A stretch of 64,000 bases of DNA from the NCBI GenBank assembly GCA_039621445.1, contig CP154954.1, forward strand, positions 434,001 through 498,000, read 5' to 3'. Positions 1-17,400 of this stretch are shown piece by piece; the stretch's first letter is position 1; every line of letters starts with the position of its first letter. Source of the stretch: Euglena gracilis (Eukaryota). Position numbers and translations under genes: made by a program. Below the pieces are notes generated by a model that searched no databases, had not been told where the DNA came from, and was given only the letters and a program-made list of their open reading frames with translations.

Positions 1-10
1 TAATACACAA

Positions 11-139
11 TTTTACAACCGCTATTATTATATCACCAATATTCGCATACTGACAATTTGGTCCTAATATACGAATACACATAATTTTTTGTGCTCCAGT
101 ATTATCCGCAATTTTCAAATATGTTTGTGGTTTAATCAT
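11..139 (-). CDS. rpl14: 50S ribosomal protein L14, exon 1 (continues off the left edge)
   Basis: Manual translation [43 protein letters not shown], followed by an intron-like TTGTG at position 10. Confidence 0.95.
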
Positions 140-234
140 CTAAACTAAAAAATAAATTATAAAGAACGAAGAACTACCAAAATAAGAATTTTACCAAAAA
201 TATTATTAACAAAAACAATTAGCATTAAACAGTT

Positions 235-1297
235 TTAAATTTTAACAATAACACGAGTTTTAATAGGCATTTTATATCCTGCTATTTTTAAAGAATACTT
301 TGCAATGGATTCTGAAATACCCAATACTTCGTAAAGAATTTTTCCAGGTTTTACAATTGCAACCCAATATTCTACATTTCCTTTCCCTGAACCCATGCGA
401 GTTTCGGCTGCTCGAAATGTTACAGGCTTATCGGGAAAAATTCTTATCCAAAGTTTGCCCCCACGTTTTGCATATCTTGTAATAACTCTACGAATTAAAT
501 AAAAAAATTTTTTTTTAGAAAAGAAAACAGTAAAAATTTATTTAAAATAAAACAATTAAGAAAAATCATCTTATAAGTAAATAAGTTAAAAAACCTTTTT
601 TATCGAAAACCAAAAAAGTTTATAAACAATAAAAATTTATTAAATAACTTTGAAAGCAAAAAATCTATATAAATTTATTAGAAATCACAAAAAACCACAA
701 AGCAGCTTCAATTTGACGTGAAGTTATCCAACCAGGCTCTAATGATTGTAAAACAAGTACAATATGCCTTAAAAAATCCAAACAAGCAAAATGTAATGCA
801 TTTGGCTTTTAATTAATAAATTTAAAAAAAGTAAAATAAGTACAAAATCAAATTGTATATCATAATATAAAATAAAAAATTTTAATAATAATCTACTTAA
901 TTTTAGTAAAGATTAAATGTATTTTTTATTATTTTAATTTTTATTAGCTTAAAAAAATATTTAATACTTAAAATTTAAAATTATTAAACATTTATTACGT
1001 TAAGAATAAAATGCTATTAAAGATATTTAATTACAATAATTTAAAACTTAAACAAAAAATAATTAAATTTACTCATAATTAATTTTTTAAATTATTTAGA
1101 TCGCACAAGCATAATTACCAAAAACAACTTTATCAATTAAATAAAAAATTTCACTTAAATCAAATCGAATAAAATAACTATCGTGGTAAAACGCAATAAA
1201 AATTTTATTTTTTACATAAAAAAAGTCTCATATAGATTTTACCTGTTAATCTACCTCTATGATATTTACGAAACTTCGTTCGCTTAGGACTTAACAT
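235..1297 (-). CDS. rpl16: 50S ribosomal protein L16; exons 1232-1297, 1107-1134, 701-750, 235-492
   Basis: [15 protein letters not shown]...[19 protein letters not shown]...WIRIFPDKP...RMGSGKG; introns of 97 nt (ATGAG), 356 nt (GTGCG) and 208 nt (TTGTG). Confidence 0.95.
493..700 (-). other. rpl16 intron 3, 208 nt, group III twintron size
   Basis: Starts TTGTG, about twice the ~100-nt group III length, no domain V seen; twintron status from established Euglena literature. Confidence 0.7.
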
Positions 1298-1353
1298 ATA
1301 AGACTATAAAAACAACGAAAATAAAAGATAATAAATTTCTAAATTAGGTAAAT

Positions 1354-4070
1354 TCATTGCAACTGATTAAAATTATTACAATAAAAATGAATTAAAATCA
1401 AATTTTCAAAGAAACTAAAGTTCCACTTTTTTATGTTCAAAATTACAAAACGATTCGAATAAATCGATTTTTTACAAAAGAAACATAGTCCCCTCTGATT
1501 ATTATATAAGACAATAAAATTAGGTGAAAATTTATATTTGAACTTTTCAAATATCATACGTTCTAATTTTCCTTTATTATATAAGTTGAATATATTTAAA
1601 GTATTAGATATTTTAAATTTCATATTTCTATAACTATAAAAATATTTCGAAGAATACAAATGAGACTTTAAAAATAAAAAATTTCCTGTTTTTATATCAG
1701 TAATGAAAAATCTCCAAATTCCTGAAAAAAATTTCCAATATTTAGAGTAAATCCAAGTTCTAGTTTTTCTAGAATGAAGTTTTTTTATATATCTCCACAA
1801 TAATCGGTAAAGATAAAGATCTAATTCTAAAAATAGAAAATTGTTATTAAAACAAAAAAAACCTCTGTTTAAACAATCTAAAATTTTTTTATTCAATAAA
1901 TTTACTAAAAAAAATACACTTTTTTTTAAAAACATTTTTACAATCATTTTTAAACTTAGTTTATAAAATTGTATATGTTTTTTATTAATATGCAATAAAA
2001 TATTTGAACCAAATCTTAAAAAATCGAAAATAAAAAAATTAAATACAAACGTCTCAAATCTATAAAAAGAATTAATATTAATATTCAAAATAATCCCTCG
2101 AAGACTAAAAAAAGATATAATAATTTTTTTACAAATAAAAAAATCATAAGAAAAATTAAAAAAAAAATAAAATTTATCTATATAAAACAAATAATAAACT
2201 TTATAACTAATAAAAAAATTTTTAAATAGACTTTTAACAAGTTTTTTAACAAACCTAATCATACAAATCAAATTGTAATAGGCTTTTTATCTGAAACAAT
2301 AAGTTCAAGATATAAAAATTTCATTTTTAGAAACATAATTTCAAATGGAAAAATTACAATAAAAATTGCGTAGAATAATCCTAAACGTCTAATTTTGATT
2401 AAATCAATAGAATTAACTTTTATTGTTTTTTTAGTTAAAATTTTTAATAGAACTTATTTTTAAATGAATAAATTTTAAACTTTTAAATTCAGATTTTTCA
2501 ATTAAACTCAGAACAAAAATTTCTGAAAATTTTTCCAAATTATTTCTTATGTAATTTTTATTTTGAATAATTGAAAATAATTTATAAAAAAGAACCTATG
2601 AAAGAAACGAAAATATTAAGTTTTTAAATAAAACTTTTAAAAAGCAAACAATACGCACTTCTTGAAAAAAAAATTAAAAAACTAAATATAAATATATTTG
2701 TATATAAACCATGCGTAAAAATTACATAGCTTTAAAAAAAAGCTACAAAATCAATTTTAGAATACAGCATTATAGTTCACTACAAAAACGAAAAAAGGTG
2801 ATTACGTAATTACTTATTAACAAAAATATTCTTTTTTTATTATACAAATCTTGAAGAAATTGATAATTCATTAAAAAATTAATGATTTAATAATACAAAA
2901 ATTTAATACCTGCAAAAAAAATTCTATTTCTAATGAATAACTTTATTAAAAATACAAGTTTAAGAATTCTCAAAAAACACATTAAATAGTAATTCGCAAC
3001 AATCCATTAAATATAAAATTAAAAATTATTAAAAAAAGTGACTTAAAAAAAACCAAATTTTTACGGTCTAAAAAATTTTTTAAAAAATTTACATCCAAAG
3101 GAAAATTTTTATAAATCCAAGAAAAACGAGCAAAATATAAAAACTTAAAATTTTCGACCTTAAAATAATAAGAGTACTTAAAAACATCTATTAAAATTTG
3201 TTCAAAATCAAAAAAGTTGCCTTCAACAAAAAAATAATAATCTTTTATAAAACAAGGATTAATATCATTAATATAAGGTAAAAGAGTACTTGTTAACAAA
3301 AGACTAAAAGATAATTTATATAGAAGAAAAAAATCATAAGAATAAAACAAAAACGCGTTTTTAATGTTATAAAAAAAACCATGGAGAAATAAATTTCTTT
3401 TCGAAGATAAAAGTGATACTAGAAAAAATTTATCCTTAGAAGAATAAAAATACGATTGTAAAGAAGGAAATTTTTCAAAGCAATTACGAACAGAAAAAAT
3501 ATGAGCATAAAAACTTTTAAAAAAACGCCGTTGTTTGTTTTTAACCAAAAATATATCTGATTTTTTAGATGCTAAATAAATTTTATGTTGTGTTAAGGAA
3601 ACAGTATTATCAAAAAAAGTGCTGTTTTAAAACCTCATAAAAATAATCAAATAAGTATAAATAATAAAAATAAAATAAAATTTTTACAAAAAATGATGCA
3701 AATTCGTAAACTAATGAACTAAAACTTTTAATTAAAAATTTGTTCACAAACTGTAAAAAATATTTTCATATAGTACAGCTTTTCAATAAATGAATATAAA
3801 ATATACATGTTTCGTTCAGGTATTACTAATAATACTAATAATGCATGCTTTTATTAGAATATAAATGATTTATTAATAACAATTTCAGTTAATACTGTAT
3901 ATTATTGTTATTTTAACAAGTAAAAATAAATAAAAATTCCAAAATTTAGAAAAAAGTTAAATTTTATAAAATTAAATTTGATCTTTAAAATATTGAAGGA
4001 TTATAAAGAAGGAATTTTTCATAAAAAATATTTTAAAATAATACAAAATTAATGACGCAAAAAATTCCAT
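1354..4070 (-). CDS. roaA: Ribosomal operon-associated maturase-like protein (orf516), multi-exon; main exons ~1354-2270 and ~2985-3580, start tentatively 4070
   Basis: Lies between rps3 and rpl16; RLLWRYIKKLHSRKTRTWIYSKYW resembles maturase domain X; C-terminal QRGLCFFC...NLILIHFYC; ATG GAA TTT T then TTGCG at 4060; domain V-like stems in the gaps. Confidence 0.8.
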
Positions 4071-4178
4071 TTAATAAAGTTCCAATTAAATCTATAAAAA
4101 AAAGAAAACAAAATGTTTTACAATATAGCGAAAAATAAAAATAATATAAATATCAATAAAAAAAAAAATTAAAAGACG

Positions 4179-5346
4179 CTAAACTTTATATACCCAAACC
4201 TTTATCCCTAAAACTCCATAAATCGTATTATAAAATTAATAAAATTTATTTAAAATAAAACAAAAAATAAAAATAAAGAAAAATTTATAAAATTATACTA
4301 AATTTTATAAAAATAAAAGAAATATCTTATGAGCTATATCATTAAAATAATCTATATCTGCCCTCAAAGTATGAAGAGGAACTCTTCCTTCCCTAAACCA
4401 TTCCGTCCTAGCAATTTCTATACCATTTAAACGTCCAGAAACTTGAACCTTTATACCCTCTGCTCCTGCCTTCATTGCTTGCAACATTACAGTTTTCATA
4501 GCCCTTATAAAAGGTGTTCGTTTTTCTAATTCTCGACGAACTGAGTCGGCAAGAAGTCTGGCATCTAAATTAGGAGAGGTCACTCCTACAACCTTACAAG
4601 TAATAATACGAGGAGTCTTACCCAACAGATAATTCATCCTATCAATCAATATATCCCTAATACGAGATAATCCCTGGCCATCTCTTCCTATTACACGTTC
4701 TGGTCTGGCAACATGAATATAGACTATTGTGTTATTTCTTTGTTCACTAAATTCATATATTCTTTCTATCTTTATCAACGAAATTAAAGTCTCTAAAAGC
4801 TCTTTATTCATAAAATTACGGATAACGATGTCTTCTTTTACAAAACTAGCGTAATGCCTCCTTTCCACATACCAAAATGAACTATGCGACTAAGAAAATA
4901 GAAAACTCTTTTTAAAGTTAAAAATAAAATACTTTCAAAACAAAACAAGCTTATTAAAAGCATATAGCTAAAATAAAAACTCGGGTATAAAATCTCTAAT
5001 TCTAATAAAATATAAATCAAATTATCCTCAAAATAAGAATAAAAACTTTTTCTACAAAAAAAATAAATAAGGAAAAATAAACATTAAAAACAACACTTAA
5101 TAGAAAAATATAAAAAATCGACCTCAAAATAATATTTAACGAATTGAAGCTATCTTATAAATTTTAAAGTAAATAAGACCAAAAAATTATAAAAATTAAC
5201 TTTAGAACTTTAGTATCGCACTATAAATATTTTAGATAAAACACAAGTTAATAATAGAATAAAATATTTATTACGAAATAAATAATATTTTGTATCTCAA
5301 TAGTAATACCTAGCCTAAACCCTAAAGGGTGAACTTTTTGACCCAT
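4179..5346 (-). CDS. rps3: 30S ribosomal protein S3; exons 5301-5346, ~4331-4891, 4179-~4228
   Basis: MGQKVHPLGFRLGIT|KSH...GRLNGIEIARTEWFREGRVPLHTLRADID...HTIYGVLGIKVWVYKV. Confidence 0.96.
4892..5300 (-). other. rps3 intron 1, 409-nt mixed twintron (group II ~4911-5221 inside a ~98-nt group III intron)
   Basis: Outer 5' end TTGAG at 5300, inner GTGCG at 5221; removing 409 nt restores the frame. Confidence 0.85.
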
Positions 5347-5621
5347 AAAAAAAAAAAACAACTAATGCTAAAATCTTAATTGAAAATAATATAAAAATAA
5401 ACTACGAACAACAAATAAATACCAGGTAAATTTAAAAACGATTATTGTTTTGATTATTTATTAATAGAGATTTAATCTTTTTTCTATAAATTTAATCTTT
5501 CAAATTTTTTCAAAACAAAATGACCAGTTAATGTAAAAAATAAGTTTTTTCTGATTAATGAGGTTCCAACACTTAATAAAATAAATTACAAAAACAAAAT
5601 GCAATAAGTTAACAAAAATTT

Positions 5622-6319
5622 TTATAAAATGGATAATTTTAATTGAATAGAAATTATAATCCTTCTAAAATCTGTACAAGCGTTTACAACATACAGCTTC
5701 ATTAATACAAATATACATTTAAAATACCTATAAAACTATAAAAATTTTTGATAGTATTTCCAATCGCTTTTTAAACAAAAAAATGAATAAAATAAATCTG
5801 TTTTGAAATGAAAAATAAATTAAAATTTTTAAACCATAAACCAAATTCAACAAATAATAAAAACAAATAAACTTAAAATTCATCAAAAATAAAAAGTTAT
5901 TTATCTTTTATTTAGAAAAACAAACTCACTAAAACAACAATTAGAGTTGCAAAAGAAAACTACGAAATAATTCAAATTCAGACAATAATAGTTATATGAC
6001 ATGTTCGTTTTTTAATAGGAAAACCCCTACCTTGTGCATGTGGACATAAACGTTTCAAGATAGGTCCAGCATCTGCTCTAGCTTCGAGAACACGCAAAAC
6101 ATTTGCATCTTCATCGTAATTTTTTATTGAATTAGAAACGGCGCTTTTAAGAAGCTTAAAAATAAGAGTACTAGGTTTATAAGGCATAAATTTTAAAATC
6201 ATTAAAGCCTCTTTTGCAGAACGACCTTTAATTTGATTTAAAATTCTCCTAACTTTAAAAGGAGAAATTCTAACGTACTTTATTGAAGCTGAAGATTCTA
6301 AAGGTTTTTTTTGTTCCAT
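5622..6319 (-). CDS. rpl22: 50S ribosomal protein L22; large exon ~5986-6319 plus probable tiny last exon 5622-5641
   Basis: ORF 5978-6319 is L22 (YVRISPFKVR...PHAQGRGFPIKKRTCHITI); domain V-like stem at ~5667-5699 and CTATTCAAT 3' end imply a terminal group II intron. Confidence 0.88.
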
Positions 6320-6429
6320 CAGTAAAAAATAACATAAAATTATATAAAAACTGTATAAAAAGTATCCATACTAATATTTAAAAAGTTCTTAATACATGCA
6401 AAAATTACATAACATATAAAATAATTCTA

Positions 6430-6914
6430 CTATCTCTTAGTCTTAGTTTTTTTATCATGCTTTTTATGACCACGATAATTTCTAGTTTGCACAAATTCAC
6501 CTAATTTTATAAGGTTTAATAAATCCATTTTATTAATAAAAAACCCACAATAATATAAGAAAATAAACTTTAAATTTTTTATTACAAAAATTATAAAATC
6601 AAAAGTGACCTATCATTTGATCGGAAACTAAAACGGGTATATGCTCCTTTCCATTATAAACGCCTATTGTATTTCCAATCATAATTGGAATAATAGTACA
6701 GGAACGGGACCAAGTTAATATTACAGATTTAAAAAAGATCTAAAGTTTTCATTTAAAAACAAAAAAATAAATAAATTAGTATTATATATGATTCTAAAAT
6801 AAAAATTAATTAAAAACATAAGGTCAAATCTCAAAAACGATTCGAATTCATTTGGTCAACTTTTTTTATTAATGAATAAAAAACAAAAGGACCTTTTTTT
6901 AAAGAACGAGACAT
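6430..6914 (-). CDS. rps19: 30S ribosomal protein S19, 3 exons separated by two ~100-nt group III introns
   Basis: [11 protein letters not shown]...[14 protein letters not shown]...[10 protein letters not shown]...[13 protein letters not shown]. Confidence 0.95.
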
Positions 6915-6973
6915 AAATAAAAAATAAACAAAATAAAAAATAAACAAAATAATAACAAGGAAAATAGTAGATA

Positions 6974-7807
6974 TTAAACCATTTTTCTAGAGCGAATTAT
7001 ATATTTATTACTAAATCGTTTAGGTGATCTTGTCTTTTTACCTAATGCTGGTTTACCCCAAGGCGTAACAGGCTTTGGTCTACCTATAGGACTTCTGCCT
7101 TCGCCTCCTCCATGAGGGTGATCGCAAGGATTCATAGCTACACCACGAACTGTTGGTTTGTTTCCTAACCAGCGATTTCTTCCAGCTTTTCCTAAAACGA
7201 CATTAGAATGATCAAGATTTCCAACTTGACCAATAGTAGCCCAACAATAACGTCGTAATAAACGAACTTCTCCCGAAGGCATTGTTATAGTAACAAATTT
7301 TCCTTCATTGGCCAATATTTGTACAAAAGTTCCAGCAGCCCTTGCAATTTGACCACCTTTTCCAGGCTCAAACTCTACGTTATGAATAATAGTACCTAAT
7401 GGTATTTTGCTTATGGGTAAAGAATTTCCTATTTTAATAGGAGAAAAAAAATCAGAAATAATATTATTACCAACGCACAAATCTTTTGGATGAATAATAT
7501 AAGACTTATCACCATTTTTATAATAAATTAAAGCAATTCGAGCATTCCTATTAGGATCGTATTCAATAGAAATAACTTTTCCTAAAATACCTAGCTTATT
7601 ACGTTTAAACTCTATTCTGCGATACAAGCGTTTGTGACCACCACCTAAAGTTCGGCAAGTAATCACACCACGGGAATTCCGTCCTTTTGACCTATGAACA
7701 AAAAATGTTAAATATTTTTCAGGATTAGATTTTGTAATTTCTGAAAAATTACTAACAGAACGTTTACGAGTCCCTGATGTATATGGTTTGTAATAACGAA
7801 TAATCAT
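6974..7807 (-). CDS. rpl2: 50S ribosomal protein L2
   Basis: Uninterrupted 277-aa ORF with [13 protein letters not shown] and [14 protein letters not shown]. Confidence 0.99.
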   Translation of the reverse strand: MIIRYYKPYTSGTRKRSVSNFSEITKSNPEKYLTFFVHRSKGRNSRGVITCRTLGGGHKRLYRRIEFKRNKLGILGKVISIEYDPNRNARIALIYYKNGDKSYIIHPKDLCVGNNIISDFFSPIKIGNSLPISKIPLGTIIHNVEFEPGKGGQIARAAGTFVQILANEGKFVTITMPSGEVRLLRRYCWATIGQVGNLDHSNVVLGKAGRNRWLGNKPTVRGVAMNPCDHPHGGGEGRSPIGRPKPVTPWGKPALGKKTRSPKRFSNKYIIRSRKMV

Positions 7808-7827
7808 ATTAAAAAATTAGTAAACTA

Positions 7828-7927
7828 TTAAAGTATATACTAAATACATCGAAAAAATTAGAATTAAAAAATTTTAGGTTAAAAATAAAAAACTAAATTA
7901 TTTTTAAACAAATAAAGTAAAACTCAC
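7828..7927 (-). other. Probable intercistronic group III intron in the rpl23-rpl2 spacer
   Basis: GTGAG (NUNNG) at 7927 followed by ~100 U-rich nt; such spacer introns are established in Euglena; 3' end approximate. Confidence 0.5.
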
Positions 7928-7961
7928 CTATAAATGCCACTACTAAAACAATAAAAATTAA

Positions 7962-8572
7962 CTAGAGACAAGAAAAAAAAGGAATTGTTTCTAAGTCATT
8001 ATATAAATTGATTAAAATCCTTAAAAGAAATTAAACAAAAAAGAATTAATTGAAAACAAAAGTTATATTTATTTCCCAATATAATATAATAATATAATCT
8101 CACTAATTTAATAAACATTCTTTTATAATATTTTTTCATACCCTCAAAATTATTTGAACGATAATATTTACTAGATTTTACATAGCTATTAACTGAAGTA
8201 ATTTTAACACTAAAAGCAGTTTCAATAAGATCTTTAAATTGCCTTTTACTTATGAAGTTATAAAATACTAAAAAAATAAAAGTAATTAATTAAAATTTTT
8301 ATAATATAAAACTACAAACTAAAAATACAGCTACTATAAACATTCAAAACATTTGTATATCAACATCAAAAGTATAAACATTATTTTTTAAAAGTTTATT
8401 AGTCTTATCGGTCAAAATTTGAGATTTAAAAAAAAATCAAAAGTATTTATAAATATTCAAAAAAAAATTAACATTAAAAAAAAAAATAAATAAATATATT
8501 ATAAAAAAAAAATATAAGAACACACCCATACTTAAACTGATCATAAAATTTTCTAGAAATAAAATAAAACAT
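7962..8572 (-). CDS. rpl23: 50S ribosomal protein L23, 4 exons with three group III introns
   Basis: Exon translations include ILTDKTNKLLKNNVYTFDVD, KRQFKDLIETAFSVKITSVNS and YKRMFIK; position upstream of rpl2. Confidence 0.88.
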
Positions 8573-8720
8573 ATAAAGTAAACAAAATACTAACAAAAAA
8601 AAAACAAGGAAATAATAACCTTTTTTAAATTATAAAAATTTAGAAAAATTTATTCGATAATATATTAATTACCGAATAAACTAAAATATATATTAAGAAT
8701 ATAAAAGTATTATAAAAAAC

Positions 8721-8849
8721 TTATAAAGAAGAACCTAAACCCGAATAAGAGCCATAAAAAAAAAGAGCAAGAAGTGCAATCGCTGCTAAACCGATTATTG
8801 TAAGAACTAACCAAAGTGGAATTCTACCTGTATTTTCTGAATTAGACAT
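8721..8849 (-). CDS. psbJ: Photosystem II protein J
   Basis: [42 protein letters not shown]. Confidence 0.97.
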   Translation of the reverse strand: MSNSENTGRIPLWLVLTIIGLAAIALLALFFYGSYSGLGSSL

Positions 8850-8937
8850 AAATATTTCTCCCAAAATAATAAAAAAATGTTAAAAAAAAATACTACAAAA
8901 ATATTTGCTTCAAGAAGCAGACTTTAATTAATAATAA

Positions 8938-9054
8938 CTAATTAAAGATATAACTAGAAAATAGAACAGCCAAAACAAAAATTAATAATAGTCCCCAGTA
9001 TAAACTTGTCCTATTTAATTCGACTGTTTTTTTATTTGAATTTGTTTGTGCCAT
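8938..9054 (-). CDS. psbL: Photosystem II protein L
   Basis: [38 protein letters not shown]. Confidence 0.97.
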   Translation of the reverse strand: MAQTNSNKKTVELNRTSLYWGLLLIFVLAVLFSSYIFN

Positions 9055-9161
9055 AATAAATAATTTATAATAAAAAAATATGTTAAACCTTAGATTAAAA
9101 AATATAAAAAAGTATAACTTTAAACAAAACTTTACACTTTATTTTAACAAAATTTTAAAGG

Positions 9162-10329
<1,168 letters not shown>

Positions 10330-10334
10330 AAATT

Positions 10335-11256
10335 TTATTTAGTAAATTGATCCATTTGTTCTAAAGCATTGAAACGATCAGAAATTAAAGGAGCTTGTTG
10401 TCTTGTTTCTGTAAAATATTCGCTTGGACGAGGTGTACCAAAAATGTCATAAACAATTCCCGTGCTTACAAAAATCCAACCTCCAACAAATAATGACGGT
10501 ATAGTTACACTATAAAACTAAAAACAATAGAAAAAGTTTTTGTTTAAAAACTGTTGGAATGAACTATACAAAAACAGCTTATAATAAAATAATCTTCTGT
10601 TATCTAAGGAAAACCAAACAAAATAAATAACAGTTTTACAAAATATTAAAATTTAGTAAACAAAATATAAAATAAAAAATCCCTAAAATAAACACGTATT
10701 ATTTAGGTGCAAAAATATAAAAATAAAAAATTTTTTTGTTAAGTAAAATCAAAAATAATCTGCAATTTATTTCATTCACAAGAAAAACATTTGATTATTA
10801 AAATTTTTAAAACATTTAATATTAAGAAAATACACACATGAATTACCCAATAACGAATACTAGTAATATGAAATTAAACTTCCAAAGCTCATACCAAAAC
10901 CGTACAAACAAATACACTTGAGCTGTATACGGATTGAAAATTTAAAATAAAATTAAAAAATATAAAACAAATTTTATTTTACTTATATAAAAAAATAAAC
11001 AATGTTGAGATTTACTTTTAAAAAACTAAAAAATAGTAATAATTATTGTTAAACTTTCAAGGAAATACTTAAAAAATTATTTCAAAAATTATATAAACTA
11101 AATAATAAGATAATAAAAAAAGATCAAAAAAGAATTTTACTTATTAAACTTACACGTTTATCTCAAAGGATATTAATAAAATATTTGATAATAAAAAATG
11201 TATATTCCAACGCGCACAATATCAGAAAAAGGACGTTCTCCTGTTGAGCCTGCCAT
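10335..11256 (-). CDS. psbE: Cytochrome b559 alpha subunit; exons 11218-11256, 10838-10867, 10335-10511
   Basis: [35 protein letters not shown]; group II introns of 350 and 326 nt. Confidence 0.96.
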
Positions 11257-11340
11257 ATTAAATTTCCCTTTAAAAATAAAACATAACAATTACTATATTC
11301 TAAAATCATTAATTAACAAATAATAAGTAAAAAATTTTTA

Positions 11341-14489
<3,149 letters not shown>

Positions 14490-14490
<1 letters not shown>

Positions 14491-17400
14491 CAAAGTCTCT
14501 AATTAAGATTAAAAAAAAAAATCTCTGATTACTTTCTTAATCTTATCTACTACTACAAAAAAAAAAAATTATTCAAAAATAAAAAAAAAAAAATTTTTTA
14601 TTTTTATAAAATTTATTAAAAATTAATTTTTAAATTTATTAATTAAAAAATTAATTAAAAATTTAACAAAAATTTTTTTTTTATTATTAATTAATACTTT
14701 AAAAAATTCTTAACTATTTAAAAAAACAAAAAAATTTTAAAATTAATTTTTTAACTACAAAGATTTTTTAAAATTAAAAAAAATTTTTAAATAAAATTCA
14801 TAAAAATTTAAATATTTAAAAAAAAAAATAACTTTACTAATTAAAAAAATTTTTTTACTTAGTAAAAAATTTATTAATACTTAAAAAAAAATTTTAACTT
14901 TAATTACATTAATAAAAAACAAAAAAACAATTTCATAATAATAAATAAAACTATAATAATATTAAAAACTATTTTTAATTTTTTAACATCAACAAAACTA
15001 ATATTTCCTTATATTTTTTCATAAAATTTCTAATTTTAAAACACAATTCAAACATACAAACCCTTTTTTTTTCCTTCTAATTTTATTTTTTTTTGTTTCA
15101 TAATTATTTTTTTTTTATTTTATTTTTTTTAGTTTTATTTTTTTTTTTCATTCTACGTTTCTTATTTTTTTTTTTTTTTTTTATTTATTATTTTAGATTT
15201 GTTTTTCAATAAAACTATAAATACTAAACAAATTTACTATACAAAAATGTAAAAAATACAATAATATACTTCAATTATATAAAAAAACATTAAAAAAAAA
15301 AAAAATTCTTTAATCAATCATATAACTGCAAATTTTACCTGAATCCATACATCATAAGCAAATATTATAATTTTTTTATATAATAACAAAATACATATAA
15401 ACTAAATAAACCAAAATACATAAAACCACCTAAAAAAAACATACAATAATAAACATACCTTTAAAATTCTAAAATAATGATAAATTAAATTATAATGAGA
15501 CTATACATTAAATTACCAAAAAATCTACACCAATACTAAATTTACTTAAATAAATTTTATTAATTTAACCATAAATTACATACTTTAAACCCAAAAAATT
15601 TTTTAAAAATTATTCTTTAATACATAAAAATTTAAAAAAAAAATTAAACTATATAAATATATTATACTTAAAATTTTAATTAAAATATATAATACTCCAA
15701 TATTAATAGTTTACCATTTTAAACTTAAATTATATTATTTCCTTTAAAATTCTTCATATAATTAATATTAATTAAAAATTCTTTTTAATAAATATTATAC
15801 TTATACTTCATCTCAAACTTAAATAAATAAATTTTTTTACCAAAACCAAGAAATTTATTTTTTATATAATTTATTTTTTAATACTAAAATTACTTTAAAA
15901 CTTTACTTAAATACAATTTTAAATTTTTTTTATTTTTTTTATTTTTACTATTTTTTTAACTATTTATTCTATTTTTATGCACTCTAATTAATATTTTTTT
16001 TACTAAAACACTTAAATTTAAAAAAAAAAAAAATTAAAAAAAACTAAATTTACTAATTATAAAAATTAATTAAATTTTTTAAAATATATTTATAATGAAT
16101 AATTACTTCATACTTATTAAAATTAATTATAAAATTAAATTTTATACTTTATAAATACTTTAATATTTTAAACTTTACTTAAAAAAATTTATAATTACTT
16201 TACTAATTATAAAAAAATTTTTATAAAACTAAAATTTTAATTTAATAAACTAAATTATTTAATAACAATTTAAAAAAATTATACTTTTATTAAATATAAA
16301 ATTTAATTTCCTTTATTAAACTTTAAAATAAAATAATAAACAATTTACTATACAGAATACTAAAAAAAAAACATCACTTATAATCTTTTTTTTTATTTAC
16401 TATATACACATTCTACTATAAAAAACAAACAAAAAAACCAAAAAAAAACAAAATGCAAAATATAAACTACCATAAAAGATTAATTTTTAAGAAAAAAAAT
16501 TTATTAAAATACTTATTACTTTTAATTATTAACTAATTTTATACTTATTTTTTAAACTAACTATAAAAATGTTACTCCAATTTGATTTGATCTATTAAAC
16601 TATATATTTCTATAAATTTATAAAAACAAAAAAAACATAAAAAAAAAATTTTAAACATACTAAATTATAAAAAAAACTCTTACTAACTACTTTAACCTAC
16701 AAATTTGTTTAATATTTAATACAAAAAAATAATAATTATAATTTATTTTATCCCTTATTTCTTCTAATTTTCCCACTTACTATATTTTTTCTTATTTTTT
16801 TTATTCATTATTTTGTACTTCCTATTTTGTTTCCTGTATCCTATTTTATCATTTTCCTTCCTTTAAAAACTAAACTATTTTTTATTAAAATTTAACTAAT
16901 TTCTCTTACATATATAACAAAAACAATATAAAAACATACTATATAAAACAACCAAATAATACTTTACATACTATAACCCAAGTTAATTAAATATAAATTA
17001 ACCTATAATAAGTATTAAAATTAAACATATATAATACTTACTTTTACAATAAAAATAAAACATATTATAAATATAACTTCTAAATAAAAAAAATTAAAAA
17101 TTTAATACTAATTCAAATTATAAATACTTAATACTTTAATTTATTTAATACTTTAATTTTTAAATTTTAATTATAAAATTAAATAAATAAAATTATTTAT
17201 TTTTAAATATTCTTTACTATTTAATTATTAATACTTAAACTAATAATTAATACTTAAACTATTAATTTAATTATATACTAATATTATATAATTATTTAAT
17301 AATTAACATAATTAAAAATTATTTTTTGATATTAAACTAATAATAAAATAATTTATTTTATACTAAAAATTACTTTTATTTTTAATTTAAAAAATTTTAC

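Noticed and set aside
300..482. 60-aa plus-strand ORF
   Set aside because: Antisense to the last rpl16 exon
4838..5020. 60-aa minus-strand ORF
   Set aside because: Mostly rps3 intron sequence running out of frame into exon 2
6915..6952. 16-nt tandem duplication (AAATAAAAAATAAACA x2) in the rpl2-rps19 spacer
   Set aside because: Short, low-complexity slippage product with no sign of function
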